Origin: an uncultured Armatimonadetes bacterium
Lineage (GTDB): Bacteria > Armatimonadota > Hebobacteria > Hebobacterales > Hebobacteraceae
NCBI GenBank assembly: GCA_963716175.1
Contig: OY970296.1
Coordinates: 1,760,001-1,824,000, forward strand
Reading direction: 5' to 3'
DNA: 64,000 nt
The position numbers and the translations under genes were made by a program. This document shows, in pieces, positions 47,717 through 57,206 of this stretch (the stretch's first letter is position 1; each line of letters opens with the position of its first letter). Below the pieces are notes generated by a model. It was not told where the DNA came from. It saw only the letters and a list, made by a program, of their open reading frames with translations, and did no database searches.

Positions 47717-49012
47717 TTGTCGAGCTGGCTGATCGAGAACGCGGCAGTAGTGACGGTTGACGATCACGATACCGTGCTGCCGCGGGCGGACTTGCTGGTC
47801 GAGGGTACGGACATCGCCGGGCTGTGGCCGGCAGGCAAACCGGCCGGAGTGAAGGCAGCGCAGACCATCGAGGCCAAAGGCATGGTAGTGATGCCCGGCA
47901 TGGTCAACGCCCACACCCACTGCGCCATGACCTTCCTGCGCGGCTATGCCGATGACATGCCGCTGATGCCGTGGCTGAAGGAGCGCATCTGGCCCTTCGA
48001 GATGAAGCTGCAGCCGGAGGATGTGTATTGGGGCAGCATGCTGGGCATCGCGGAGATGATCCGGGGAGGCGTGACCTGCTTCAATGACATGTATCACTAC
48101 TTCGAGCAGGCGGCGCGGGCGGCGCTGGACAGCGGGATTCGCGCCCATGTCTCAGGGGTGCTGCTCGCCTTCCTGCCGGATGCCAAGGAGCGGCTGGAGC
48201 ACGCCATCGAGTTCGCCAAGGAGTGGCATGGGCGAGGAGACGGCCGGCTGGTGACGATGCTGGGGCCTCACGCTCCCTACACCTGCCCGAATCACCTGCT
48301 GGAACGAGTGATCGAGGGGGCGCGGGAAAGCGGAGTTGGCATCCACATCCACGTCTCAGAGACCAGGCAAGAGGTGCAGGACAGCCTGAAGGAGTTCGGG
48401 CAGACGCCGGTGGCACGGCTGCGGGAGATCGGACTGCTGGACGTGCATCCGGTGCTGGCCGCGCACTGCGTGCATCTCACGGATTCGGATATCGCCACCC
48501 TGGTTGATAAGAAAGTAGGCGCTTGCCACTGCCCGGGAAGCAACATGAAGCTGGCCTCCGGGGTGGCGCCGGTGCCCAGGCTGCTGGAGGCGGGGGCGAT
48601 CGTGGGCCTGGGCACAGATGGGCCGGCGAGTAACAACAACCTGGATATGCTGGAGGAGGCGCGGCTGGCGGCGCTGCTGCACAAGGTGGCCGGGGAGGAG
48701 CCGACGCTGGTGACCGCGCCCCAGGCGCTGCGGATGGCGACGCGCGGCAGCGCGCAGGCGCTTGGGATTGGCGATCGGGTGGGGCAGATCAAGGTGGGAA
48801 TGAAAGCCGATCTCGCTCTGCTGGACTTCCACCAGGCCCACCTCTACCCGCCCCATGATATCATCTCTCATCTGGTGTATGCCGCGCGCGCCGGCGACGT
48901 CCGTACGGTGTTCGTTAACGGCCGGCCGTTAATGATTGACCAGAAGCTGACCACCATGGATGAGGATGAGATCTTCCAGCAGGTAGGGGAGAGGCTGGAG
49001 CGGTTGGGCTGA
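47717..49012 (+). CDS. mtaD: Amidohydrolase, probable MTA/SAH deaminase
   Basis: NAHTH, GPHAPYT, HIHVSET, AHCVH, SNMKLASG, GTDGPASNNNLDM; mtnA in the same window. Confidence 0.85.
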   Translation: MSSWLIENAAVVTVDDHDTVLPRADLLVEGTDIAGLWPAGKPAGVKAAQTIEAKGMVVMPGMVNAHTHCAMTFLRGYADDMPLMPWLKERIWPFEMKLQPEDVYWGSMLGIAEMIRGGVTCFNDMYHYFEQAARAALDSGIRAHVSGVLLAFLPDAKERLEHAIEFAKEWHGRGDGRLVTMLGPHAPYTCPNHLLERVIEGARESGVGIHIHVSETRQEVQDSLKEFGQTPVARLREIGLLDVHPVLAAHCVHLTDSDIATLVDKKVGACHCPGSNMKLASGVAPVPRLLEAGAIVGLGTDGPASNNNLDMLEEARLAALLHKVAGEEPTLVTAPQALRMATRGSAQALGIGDRVGQIKVGMKADLALLDFHQAHLYPPHDIISHLVYAARAGDVRTVFVNGRPLMIDQKLTTMDEDEIFQQVGERLERLG

Positions 49013-49019
49013 GACGCGC

Positions 49020-49146
49020 GGCGGGCATAGGTCCCTAGGCCTGAAGGGCGGGATGTCCCTAGGCCCGGTAGGGCCGGGATGGCGGCCGGCTCTGCCAGCC
49101 TAGCCAGCGGTCGCCGAATGGCGGCCTAGCCACATGCCCGCCCTAC
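49020..49146. repeat. REP carrying two nested twin-hairpin modules
   Basis: Minus strand: outer module 49032-49132 contains inner module 49056-49106. Confidence 0.8.
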
Positions 49147-49167
49147 AAACGGCGGCCGGAGAGGGCA

Positions 49168-49662
49168 GTGTCGAACGAGCTGGTGATTCGCGATGTCAAC
49201 CCTGATGACGTGGGGACCTTGTGCGAGATCGCGGTGGCGGCCTGGCGGCCGATCTTCGCCTCCTTTCGCCAGATGCTGGGGGATGAGCTGTTCGAGGTGG
49301 TGTGTGCGGGCTGGCAGGAGGACAAAGCGAGGCAAGTCAGGCGGGCGTGCGATCCCACCGACTCGACGCTGGTGTGTGTGGCGGAGAGAGACGGACAGGT
49401 GGTCGGATTCATCACCTTCCATGCCGATGCCGGCTCGAGCCTTGGGCAGATCGGGAACAATGCCGTGCACCCGGATTTCCAGGGACAGGGTATCGGGCCC
49501 AGGATGTACCAGCACGCGTGCGAGCGGATGCGGGGGCTAGGGGTGCGATTCGTCAAGGTGATGACAGGCCTGGATCCGTCCCACGCCCCAGCCAGGCGGG
49601 CCTACGAGAAGGCCGGGTTCTCGATTCAGATGTCCTGGGTGGACTACTACCGGAAGCTGTGA
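49168..49662 (+). CDS. GNAT acetyltransferase
   Basis: NAVHPDFQGQGIG, PARRAYEKAGF. Confidence 0.9.
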   Translation: MSNELVIRDVNPDDVGTLCEIAVAAWRPIFASFRQMLGDELFEVVCAGWQEDKARQVRRACDPTDSTLVCVAERDGQVVGFITFHADAGSSLGQIGNNAVHPDFQGQGIGPRMYQHACERMRGLGVRFVKVMTGLDPSHAPARRAYEKAGFSIQMSWVDYYRKL

Positions 49663-50456
49663 GCGTGGGGTTGGGCACGGAGCAGGCTAATCTCAGGCAT
49701 GCGGTGCGGCGCGCGAAGCGACAGAAGCTGTTCGCGTCGCTGGCGCGAATCTATGCCAGCTTCCCGGAGACGGAATGCGAGAACTGCGCCCGCTGCTGCT
49801 TCGAGAGCCCGGGGATCTTCTTCATCGAGTACCTGCACCTGATGGAGGAGATAGGGGGGCTGCCGCGGGCGCGGCAGGAGTTGCTCAAGCGGCGCGCTCT
49901 GGGCGAGCTGCTGTTCTCGTGGGTTGATCCGCAGCGGCAGTGCATCTTCCTGGAGTCCTCTCGCTGCACATTGTACCAGCGGCGGCCGCTGGCCTGCCGG
50001 CTCTTCGGGCTGGTGTCCCCCACCGACCGGGAGCAAGCAGAGCTGGAGGCGCGGCTGGCCGCCAGGGAAGAGGCCAGGCGGCTGGGGCTGCTGGGGATTC
50101 GCATCCCAGAGGAGATCGTCACCCGCGCGCTGGTGAGCTGTGAGCGCGTGCGGGACCGGCGGGGCCGAGAGGTCAGAGTGGATGCGGACGCCATGGCGGC
50201 GCGGGTGGCGCGACTGGACGAGGCGTTGCTGCCGCGGCAAGTGGTGGTGCGGGAGTTCTGCTTCCTGTCCCTGCCGGAGCGGCTGGCGATGAGCTGGTGG
50301 GAAGGTGATGCTGTGGAGATGATGAGAATCCAACTGCTGAGGCGGGCGCAGAGTGGAGAGCGGGTGGAGGATCTGCTGGGGGAGGTGTGGGAGATGGTGG
50401 CAGTAGAGAGTGGAAAGGTGAGAGGAGAGAGGAGAAAGGAGGGGCGATGGCGCTAG
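49659..50456 (+). CDS. YkgJ-family cysteine-cluster protein
   Basis: CENCARCC, CIFL...CTLYQRRPLACRLFG. Confidence 0.85.
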   Translation: MSVGLGTEQANLRHAVRRAKRQKLFASLARIYASFPETECENCARCCFESPGIFFIEYLHLMEEIGGLPRARQELLKRRALGELLFSWVDPQRQCIFLESSRCTLYQRRPLACRLFGLVSPTDREQAELEARLAAREEARRLGLLGIRIPEEIVTRALVSCERVRDRRGREVRVDADAMAARVARLDEALLPRQVVVREFCFLSLPERLAMSWWEGDAVEMMRIQLLRRAQSGERVEDLLGEVWEMVAVESGKVRGERRKEGRWR

Positions 50457-51439
50457 GTTTCGGGTTGATCGGATGCGGCGCGATGGGGAGGGACCTAGGG
50501 ATGGCGTTGAAGGAACAGGTGGCTGAGGCCGAGGTGGTGGCCGCCTTCGACCCGTTCGCTCCCAACCTGGAGAGGTTGTGCGCCGACCTCGGGGCCGCTC
50601 CCGCGTCCTCGCTGGAGCAATTGCTGGGCCGAGATGATGTGCAAGCGGTGATCGTGGCCTCGCCCAACCATCTCCACTGCGAGCACACGCTGGCCGCGGC
50701 GAAGGCCGGCAAGCATGTGTTCTGCGAGAAGCCGATGGCGCTGTCGGTGGCAGATTGTGACCGCATGATGGCGGCCTGCGACGGGGCCGGCGTAAAGCTG
50801 ATGGTGGGCCACAGCATGCGGCTTTATCCGCTGCCGCGGAAGCTGCTGGAGATGGCCGCCAAAGGCGAGCTGGGACAGCCGCGCTTCGGGTTCGCCTCCT
50901 ACTTCTTCTCCGGGTTCAAGGGCCGGGGGAGCGGGGCCTGGCATATTGCGCGGGAGCGGTCGGGCGGCCTTTTCTTCCACATGGCCATCCATCACATTGA
51001 TCTGTTTCTGGCGATCTTCGGCCCGGCCCGCCGGGTGCAGTACGCAGGCGGACATCATGGGGCCCAGGTGCGGGATTTCGATGATGTCGCCAGCATCTTG
51101 ATCGAGTTCGCTTCGGGTGCCACCGCTGTGCTCACCGCCTCCAGCCTCTCGCCGGTGCCGTGGAGGGAGCTGGTGTTCCTGTTCACTGGCGGCCTGGCCC
51201 GGATGGACAGCCCATGGACCTACCTTGAGTTCGGCCCGGACGAGCAGCATCTTATCAGGGTGGAGCCGAAGGAGGTCCCCGGGCCCGGGGCGATCGAGGC
51301 CGAGCTGCGGAGCTTCACGCGGTGGGTGGTCTACAACGAGCCGCCAGTATTCGGCGCCAGAGAAGGCCGGGCAGCAGTGGCAGTGGCGGAGGCGGCGCAG
51401 CGGGCTGAGGAGACCGGGCAGGCGGCGGAAGTTGGGTGA
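50447..51439 (+). CDS. Gfo/Idh/MocA oxidoreductase
   Basis: GLIGCGAMG, SPNHLH, GKHVFCEKPMA. Confidence 0.92.
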   Translation: MALGFGLIGCGAMGRDLGMALKEQVAEAEVVAAFDPFAPNLERLCADLGAAPASSLEQLLGRDDVQAVIVASPNHLHCEHTLAAAKAGKHVFCEKPMALSVADCDRMMAACDGAGVKLMVGHSMRLYPLPRKLLEMAAKGELGQPRFGFASYFFSGFKGRGSGAWHIARERSGGLFFHMAIHHIDLFLAIFGPARRVQYAGGHHGAQVRDFDDVASILIEFASGATAVLTASSLSPVPWRELVFLFTGGLARMDSPWTYLEFGPDEQHLIRVEPKEVPGPGAIEAELRSFTRWVVYNEPPVFGAREGRAAVAVAEAAQRAEETGQAAEVG

Positions 51440-51576
51440 CGGCGGTTTCACCGCAGAGGCGCGGACCGCGCGGCGGGAGTGAGCCTCAGGGAGAGGCCTC
51501 GCAAAGCTTCGCCCCGGCAGACTCAAGTCCGCCGGGGCGGGGTTGGCTAAGGGAACTAGTAGAACAGGAGCCTGAA

Positions 51577-51777
51577 CTAGGCTGGCAACACGTTTTCGGC
51601 GTGCGGTCCCTTCTCGCCATCGAGGAGGTCGAACTGCACCTGCTGCCCTTCCTCCAGCGTCTTGAAGCCCGGCATCTTGATCGCGGAGTAGTGCACGAAG
51701 ACGTCCCGGCCCCCCTCGATCTCGATGAAGCCGTACCCCTTTTGGGCGTTGAACCACTTCACCTTTCCCCTCGCCAT
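51577..51777 (-). CDS. cspA: Cold-shock protein
   Basis: [24 protein letters not shown]; promoter TTGACA-N17-TAAGTT at 51823-51851. Confidence 0.95.
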   Translation of the reverse strand: MARGKVKWFNAQKGYGFIEIEGGRDVFVHYSAIKMPGFKTLEEGQQVQFDLLDGEKGPHAENVLPA

Positions 51778-51992
51778 CAACGCACCTCCTTGCTCCTGCG
51801 ATGGCATACTCAGCCAGCGTGAAACTTACCAAAGTGGGTTCAGAATGTCAAGGGCTTGCCGGGTCTTGCAGAGTCTGGGTGGGGTGTGGCTTTCTGTGGA
51901 GCGGTGTCCCCCGACCCTGCCAGATAGCCCGCGGGAGGCGGGCAGGCATGCCTGGATGCTGCCCTACCGCTCTGGCACAGAGAGTCGTGAGA

Positions 51993-52181
51993 TCAGGGCA
52001 CGAGCTCGGCGAGGTAGCCGCGGAATACAGGGCAATCGCGATAGGCCTTGCCGGGGGCCAGGCAGCGCTCGTAGGTCACGGGATCGTCAACCGCGGGGGT
52101 GCCTCCCTCTTCCTCGTCGTGAGGAGGCTCCTGCAGCAGCAGGCAGTCGTTGTTCTCACGCGTGTAGTGTGGGCAGGCCAT
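51993..52181 (-). CDS. Small 4-Cys hypothetical protein
   Basis: MACPHY...NDCL...ERCL...RDCPVF, directly downstream of tatA. Confidence 0.6.
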   Translation of the reverse strand: MACPHYTRENNDCLLLQEPPHDEEEGGTPAVDDPVTYERCLAPGKAYRDCPVFRGYLAELVP

Positions 52182-52204
52182 GGCCGCCAACCCCCCGCTC
52201 GCGA

Positions 52205-52399
52205 TCAGGAGGACTTGGGGGAGGACTTGGAGTCGTCGTCCTCCAGGTCGGTGCTGATCTCGCGCATGGACTTGCGGAACTCCCTCATCCCCTGGCCGAT
52301 GGATCGCCCCAGCTCCGGCAAGCGCTTGGCGCCGAAGAGCAAGAGGAGCAGCACCAGGATGACGAAGATCTCGCTCGGTCCCAAGGTCCAACCCATCAT
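52205..52399 (-). CDS. tatA: Twin-arginine translocase TatA
   Basis: LGPSEIFVILVLLLLLFGAKRLPELGRSIGQGMREFRK. Confidence 0.93.
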   Translation of the reverse strand: MMGWTLGPSEIFVILVLLLLLFGAKRLPELGRSIGQGMREFRKSMREISTDLEDDDSKSSPKSS

Positions 52400-52528
52400 C
52401 AGCAACTCCAGCCCAGCATTGGCTACGGGAGCCCAGCACTGGCTGCCGCCGTGGCAGGGCTTCTCCAGTAAGATTATACGCCCTGGAACGGGGCTGTGAC
52501 AAGGGCCTGAGGGCCGCGCTTGTAAGGC

Positions 52529-52557
52529 TTGACGCGGCTGAGGGCATGCCATAGAAT
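52529..52557 (+). promoter_or_regulatory. Sigma70-type promoter for tRNA-Leu
   Basis: TTGACG-N17-TAGAAT. Confidence 0.7.
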
Positions 52558-52570
52558 ACCCGGTGCGGGC

Positions 52571-52657
52571 GCCGAGGTGGCGGAATTGGCAGACGCGCTA
52601 GGTTCAGGGCTTAGTGGGCTTAGGCCCGTCGGGGTTCGACTCCCCGCCTCGGCACCA
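52571..52657 (+). tRNA. tRNA-Leu (CAG)
   Basis: GCCGAGG...CCTCGGC-A-CCA, anticodon loop TTCAGGG, long variable arm. Confidence 0.95.
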
Positions 52658-52855
52658 AGGGATGACAGCGGGCAGGTCGCGGACCCTTCGGCTCCGTCAG
52701 GGCAGGCCTGCCCTGCGCTTGGCCGGCTTGACTTGGCCGGGGCCCATTCCATATCATGATCGCAGCGAAGTCTCGCCGCGGGTCGGCGGCGACTGCGTTC
52801 GGCAGAGGGCTGAATTGCACGGCAACCGGACTGGAATCGGTGGTCAGGTGGGCTG

Positions 52856-54046
52856 GTGACCTCGAAGCGGCCCGAGATTGATGTGATCGTGGTCGGGGCC
52901 GGGCCGGCCGGCTCGGAGTGCGCCCGGCGGTTGGCCTCAGCAGGCTTTCAGGTGCTGGTGGTGGAGGAGCACGCGTGGGCGGGGGAGCCGGTGCACTGCA
53001 CCGGGGTGATCAGCGCTCACGCCTATGCGGCTTTCGATCTGCCGACGTCAGCCATCCAGAGCGAGCTGACCACGGCGGAACTGACCTCTCCAGGTGGGAT
53101 TACCCTGCGGGTCCATCTCAACGGCAGCCGCGCCTACACGGTGGACCGCCGACAGGTGGACCTGGCGCTGGCGGCGAGAGCGCAGCAGGCCGGGGCGAGG
53201 CCCTGTTGGGGGGTGCAAGCCCGGGAGATCGCGGTCGGCAAGACAGGAGTGCAGGTGACCGGGGTGCAGGCAGGCCAGCCCTGGGTGGAGCGGGCGCGGG
53301 TGGTAGTGCTGGCGACGGGAGCGAGAAGCTCACTTCCCAGGCGCGTGGGCCTGGCCCAGGCTGGGGATCACATGCACGGGGCGCAGGCACAGGTGCCGGT
53401 CTCGACGCCGGCTACCATGCAGGTATGGCTGGGGCATCGTCTGGTTCCCGGAGGATTCGGCTGGGTGGTGCCAGGCCAGCCGGGATGGAGTCGCCTGGGG
53501 GTGCTGACCAGGGGGAAACCGCGGTTGGTGCTGAGGGAGTTGGCGCACCGCGCTCTCAATGGTGGCGGCGATCGCCTGGTGGAGAGCGAGATCCGCGTGC
53601 ATCCTGTTCCAGCCGCACCCTGCCATCCTACCTGTGGAGACCGGGTGCTGTCGGTAGGGGACGCGGCCGGGCAGGTGAAGATGACCACCGGGGGCGGAGT
53701 CTACTACGGGCTGCTGGCAGCGCGGCTGGCCTCCGAGGTGCTGGCCGAGGGACTGGCGCGGGGGCGGCTGGGTGCCCGTCACCTGGCTCGCTACGAGAAG
53801 CTGTGGCAGGAGCTGCTGGGCCCGGAGCAGCGCGCCGGGCAACTGCTGCGGAGGCTGGCCTCGTCGGTGTCTGATGAGACTCTGGACGGGATCTTCCGCG
53901 CGGCCGAGCGGCGGGGATTGTCGCAGTACCTGCTGGACCTGGTGGATTTCGACTGGCATGCCCGCCCTGGTGTGGGCCTGGTGCTGGCCATGCTGGCCGG
54001 TAGCGAGGGGCGCGGGCTGCGTTGGTTGGGGCGATTGGTGCGATAG
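52856..54046 (+). CDS. Geranylgeranyl-reductase-family FAD oxidoreductase
   Basis: VVGAGPAG, CTG, GFGWV, VGDAAGQVK..TGGGVY. Confidence 0.85.
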   Translation: MTSKRPEIDVIVVGAGPAGSECARRLASAGFQVLVVEEHAWAGEPVHCTGVISAHAYAAFDLPTSAIQSELTTAELTSPGGITLRVHLNGSRAYTVDRRQVDLALAARAQQAGARPCWGVQAREIAVGKTGVQVTGVQAGQPWVERARVVVLATGARSSLPRRVGLAQAGDHMHGAQAQVPVSTPATMQVWLGHRLVPGGFGWVVPGQPGWSRLGVLTRGKPRLVLRELAHRALNGGGDRLVESEIRVHPVPAAPCHPTCGDRVLSVGDAAGQVKMTTGGGVYYGLLAARLASEVLAEGLARGRLGARHLARYEKLWQELLGPEQRAGQLLRRLASSVSDETLDGIFRAAERRGLSQYLLDLVDFDWHARPGVGLVLAMLAGSEGRGLRWLGRLVR

Positions 54047-54121
54047 CTGCCGGATTCCGCCGCTCGTGCCGCGGAGGCGCAGAGTCGGCGCCGGGCGAAA
54101 GGTGGCGAGCGAGGGGAGCAG

Positions 54122-54667
54122 GTGCAGGTGCGTCCACACGGACCGGGCTATGACTGGGCCAATGAGCTGCCGCTGCCGGGCGTGCGGTGCGCGACGCCCG
54201 GGGCGTCGGCGATCATCGCCGGGGTGAAGATCCGGCGGCTGCCCGCGCTGCCGGACGAGCGCGGGGTGCTGACCGAGATTCTCCGCGCCGATGACCCCGA
54301 GTTCGCGGGCTTTGGGCAGGTCTACATGACCACCACTTACCCGGGAGTGGTGAAGGCGTGGCACTGCCACCGGCGGCAGACCGATATCATCTGTTGCGTC
54401 TCCGGGGAGCTGAAGCTAGCGCTCTACGATGACCGGGAGGGGTCGGCCACGCGGGGCCTGGTGAACGAGATCTTCCTGGGCGATAGCAACCGCCTGCTGG
54501 TGAAGGTGCCGACCGGCATCTACCACGGGTGGAAGTGTGTGGGGGAGCGCAGCGCGCTGGTGATCAACATCCCCGACCAGCCCTACCAGTACGGCGCGCC
54601 AGACGAGCACCGGATAGATCCCCACGAGAACGACATTCCCTATTGTTGGGCGCGGCGCGACGCCTGA
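54122..54667 (+). CDS. dTDP-4-dehydrorhamnose 3,5-epimerase-like cupin
   Basis: DERG, YPGVVKAWHCH, VPTGIYHGWK. Confidence 0.85.
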   Translation: MQVRPHGPGYDWANELPLPGVRCATPGASAIIAGVKIRRLPALPDERGVLTEILRADDPEFAGFGQVYMTTTYPGVVKAWHCHRRQTDIICCVSGELKLALYDDREGSATRGLVNEIFLGDSNRLLVKVPTGIYHGWKCVGERSALVINIPDQPYQYGAPDEHRIDPHENDIPYCWARRDA

Positions 54668-54798
54668 CCCTACTTGGGCGCAGCTCCTGATTGGGCCTTC
54701 CGCTCGACAAAGCGCGGCTTCGCGCGCCATTAGCCTTGGAGGAGAACCGCAGGAGCGGTTCTAGCAGTGAAGAAGTTGGAGACGCAACAAGTCCAGCG

Positions 54799-55782
54799 AT
54801 GAGCCAGGAACACGATCTGTCCGCAGCCCTGCTGCGGGCGAGGGAAGCGATCACCATCGAGGCCTGCGCGGTCGGCGCGCTGGCGGAGCGCATAGACGAC
54901 AGCTTCCGGCGCGCGGTGGAGCTGATCCTGGGGTGTGCGGGGCGCGTGGTGGTGACTGGCATCGGCAAGTCCGGCGCGGTGGGCCGCAAGCTAGCGGCGA
55001 CGCTGGCCAGCACCGGCACTCCCTCCCTCTTCCTTCATCCGGCAGAGGGATTGCATGGAGACCTGGGCATGGTGGCAGCGGGAGATGTGCTGGTGGTGCT
55101 GTCGCAGAGCGGCTGGACGGAGGAGGTGGGCGTGATCCTGACCGCGATGGAGAGGATCAGGGTGCCGGTGATCGCGCTCACCGGCCGGCTGCACAGCCCC
55201 CTGGCGGACCGGGCGGCGGTGACTCTGGATGTCTCGGTGGAGCGGGAGGCCTGCCCCCTGGGCCTGGCTCCCACGGCCTCCACTGTCGCCCAGATGGCGA
55301 TGGGGGACGCGCTGGCGGTGGCGGTGATGACCGCGCGCGGGTTCAGCCGGGAGGATTTCGCCGCCCTGCACCCGGGTGGGCCGCTCGGACGCAAGGCCCG
55401 CGACCGGGTGGAGGAGCTGATGCGCCAGGAGGAGGCCGTGGCGACGGCCTCTGAGGATACCGTCCTGCGGGAGGTGCTGTTTGCGATCACGTCGGCGCGG
55501 GCCGGCGCGGCGGCGGTGGTGGACACTGAAGGGCGGCTGCTGGGGATTATCACCGATGGCGATATCCGCCGGGCCCTGTTGGCCGATGAGGGGGCGCTGA
55601 AGAAGCGGGCGGGGGAGGTGATGACGCGGAGCCCGAAGATCGCGCGACCGGAGACGCCGGCGGTCGAGGCGCTGGCGCTGATGCGCGAGTACAAGATCGG
55701 GGACATGCCGGTGGTGGATGGGGAGCGGCGCCTGCTGGGGATGCTGAACCTCAAGGACATGCTCGACCTAGGGATGGAGTGA
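54799..55782 (+). CDS. kdsD: KpsF/GutQ arabinose-5-phosphate isomerase (SIS + CBS)
   Basis: GIGKSG, HPAEGLHGDLG, LAPTAST, HPGGPLG. Confidence 0.9.
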   Translation: MSQEHDLSAALLRAREAITIEACAVGALAERIDDSFRRAVELILGCAGRVVVTGIGKSGAVGRKLAATLASTGTPSLFLHPAEGLHGDLGMVAAGDVLVVLSQSGWTEEVGVILTAMERIRVPVIALTGRLHSPLADRAAVTLDVSVEREACPLGLAPTASTVAQMAMGDALAVAVMTARGFSREDFAALHPGGPLGRKARDRVEELMRQEEAVATASEDTVLREVLFAITSARAGAAAVVDTEGRLLGIITDGDIRRALLADEGALKKRAGEVMTRSPKIARPETPAVEALALMREYKIGDMPVVDGERRLLGMLNLKDMLDLGME

Positions 55783-57203
55783 TGAGGGAACCGATCAGCT
55801 TCGGCACCGAAGGATGGCGGGCATTGCTCGCCGATGATTACACTTTCGATAATGTGCGGGCGGTCGCGCGCGCTGCCGCGAAGTGGTTCCAGCGACAGCC
55901 GCGCCCGGCGGCGGTGGCGGTGGGACACGACACCCGGTTCCTGGGAAACAGGTTCGCGGCGGCGGTGGCCGATGAGCTGGCCGAGGTTGGGGTGGAGGTG
56001 CGGCTGTGCGCGGGGCCGCTTCCCACTCCGGCGGTGGGGGTGTATGTGGTGGAGAACAAGCTCGCAGGATCGGTAGTGCTCACCGCCAGCCACAACCCGG
56101 CCGAGTACAACGGGGTGAAGGTGAAGGGTTCGACCGCGGGCTCGGTGCCCGAGGAGGATGCGAAATGGATCGAGGCCGAGGCAAATCGCATGCTCTCGGA
56201 GGACCCGGAGAAGAGAGCGCGGGCGCGAGAGCACCAGCGCTTTGATGTGCGAGACCGCTATCTCGATGGCCTGGTCTCGAAGGTGGATGGCAGGGCGATC
56301 CAGCGAGCCCAGGTGGTGGTGGTGGCGGACATGATGCACGGAGCCGGAGGCGGCTATCTGGACGAGGCGCTGCGCCGCGCCGGCTGCGCCGAGGTGCGCC
56401 CGGTGCGGGCTAACCCTGATCCCACCTTCGGGTGGAGACGCCCGGAACCCATTGGCGAGAACCTGGTCGCGAGCACAGCCATGACCGCCGACCCGGCGGT
56501 GACAGTGGGGCTGGCCACGGATGGCGATGCCGACCGCTTCGGACTGATGGCCCATGGTGAGTACTTGGATGTGATGCAGGCCATCGTGCTGATCTTGTAC
56601 CACCTGTTGAAAAACCGTCACTATCAGGGGTCGGTGGTGCACTCGCTGAACGTGACCTCTATGGTGGCGCGGCTGTGCCAGCACTATGGATCGCGGGTGA
56701 TCGAGACCCCGGTGGGCTTCAAGAACATCGCGCCGAAGTTGGTAGGGGATTCGGACTACGTGTTCGCGGCGGAGGAGAGCGGCGGGTTCGCCATCAGGGG
56801 GCACATCCCGGACCGGGACGGGACCGCGGCCGCCCTGACCGTGTGCGAGGCGATCGCCACCGAGGGGAAGCCGGTGCGCGAGATCTTGGCCGATATCTTC
56901 AGCCTGGTGGGCGGCCGGCGGTATTACGAGCGCCTGGACATGAAGCTGACCGCGGGCCAGCACGAGAAGCTCGCCGAGGCGATGCCCACGCTGGAGAGGG
57001 ATTCAGTGGCGGGGGAGCGGGTAGTCGGGGTGGGCCGGATGGACGGGGCCAAGTTCTCTTTGAGTGATGGCAGTTGGCTGCTCTTGCGGCTGTCTGGCAC
57101 GGAGCCACTGGTGCGGATCTATGCCGAGACCGTAAGCGAGGAGGAGGTGCGCAAGCTGCTGGCTGCGGGGCGGGACCTGGTGACTAGCATCACTGGAGGA
57201 TAG
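55779..57203 (+). CDS. manB: Phosphoglucomutase/phosphomannomutase
   Basis: FGTEGWR, TASHNP, DGDADR, EESGG, RLSGTEP. Confidence 0.9.
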   Translation: MMREPISFGTEGWRALLADDYTFDNVRAVARAAAKWFQRQPRPAAVAVGHDTRFLGNRFAAAVADELAEVGVEVRLCAGPLPTPAVGVYVVENKLAGSVVLTASHNPAEYNGVKVKGSTAGSVPEEDAKWIEAEANRMLSEDPEKRARAREHQRFDVRDRYLDGLVSKVDGRAIQRAQVVVVADMMHGAGGGYLDEALRRAGCAEVRPVRANPDPTFGWRRPEPIGENLVASTAMTADPAVTVGLATDGDADRFGLMAHGEYLDVMQAIVLILYHLLKNRHYQGSVVHSLNVTSMVARLCQHYGSRVIETPVGFKNIAPKLVGDSDYVFAAEESGGFAIRGHIPDRDGTAAALTVCEAIATEGKPVREILADIFSLVGGRRYYERLDMKLTAGQHEKLAEAMPTLERDSVAGERVVGVGRMDGAKFSLSDGSWLLLRLSGTEPLVRIYAETVSEEEVRKLLAAGRDLVTSITGG

Positions 57204-57206
57204 ACG

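Noticed and set aside
50404-50445. Purine-rich GAGAGGA tract
   Set aside because: Short low-complexity sequence at a gene junction that includes the SD of the next gene; no further structure supported.
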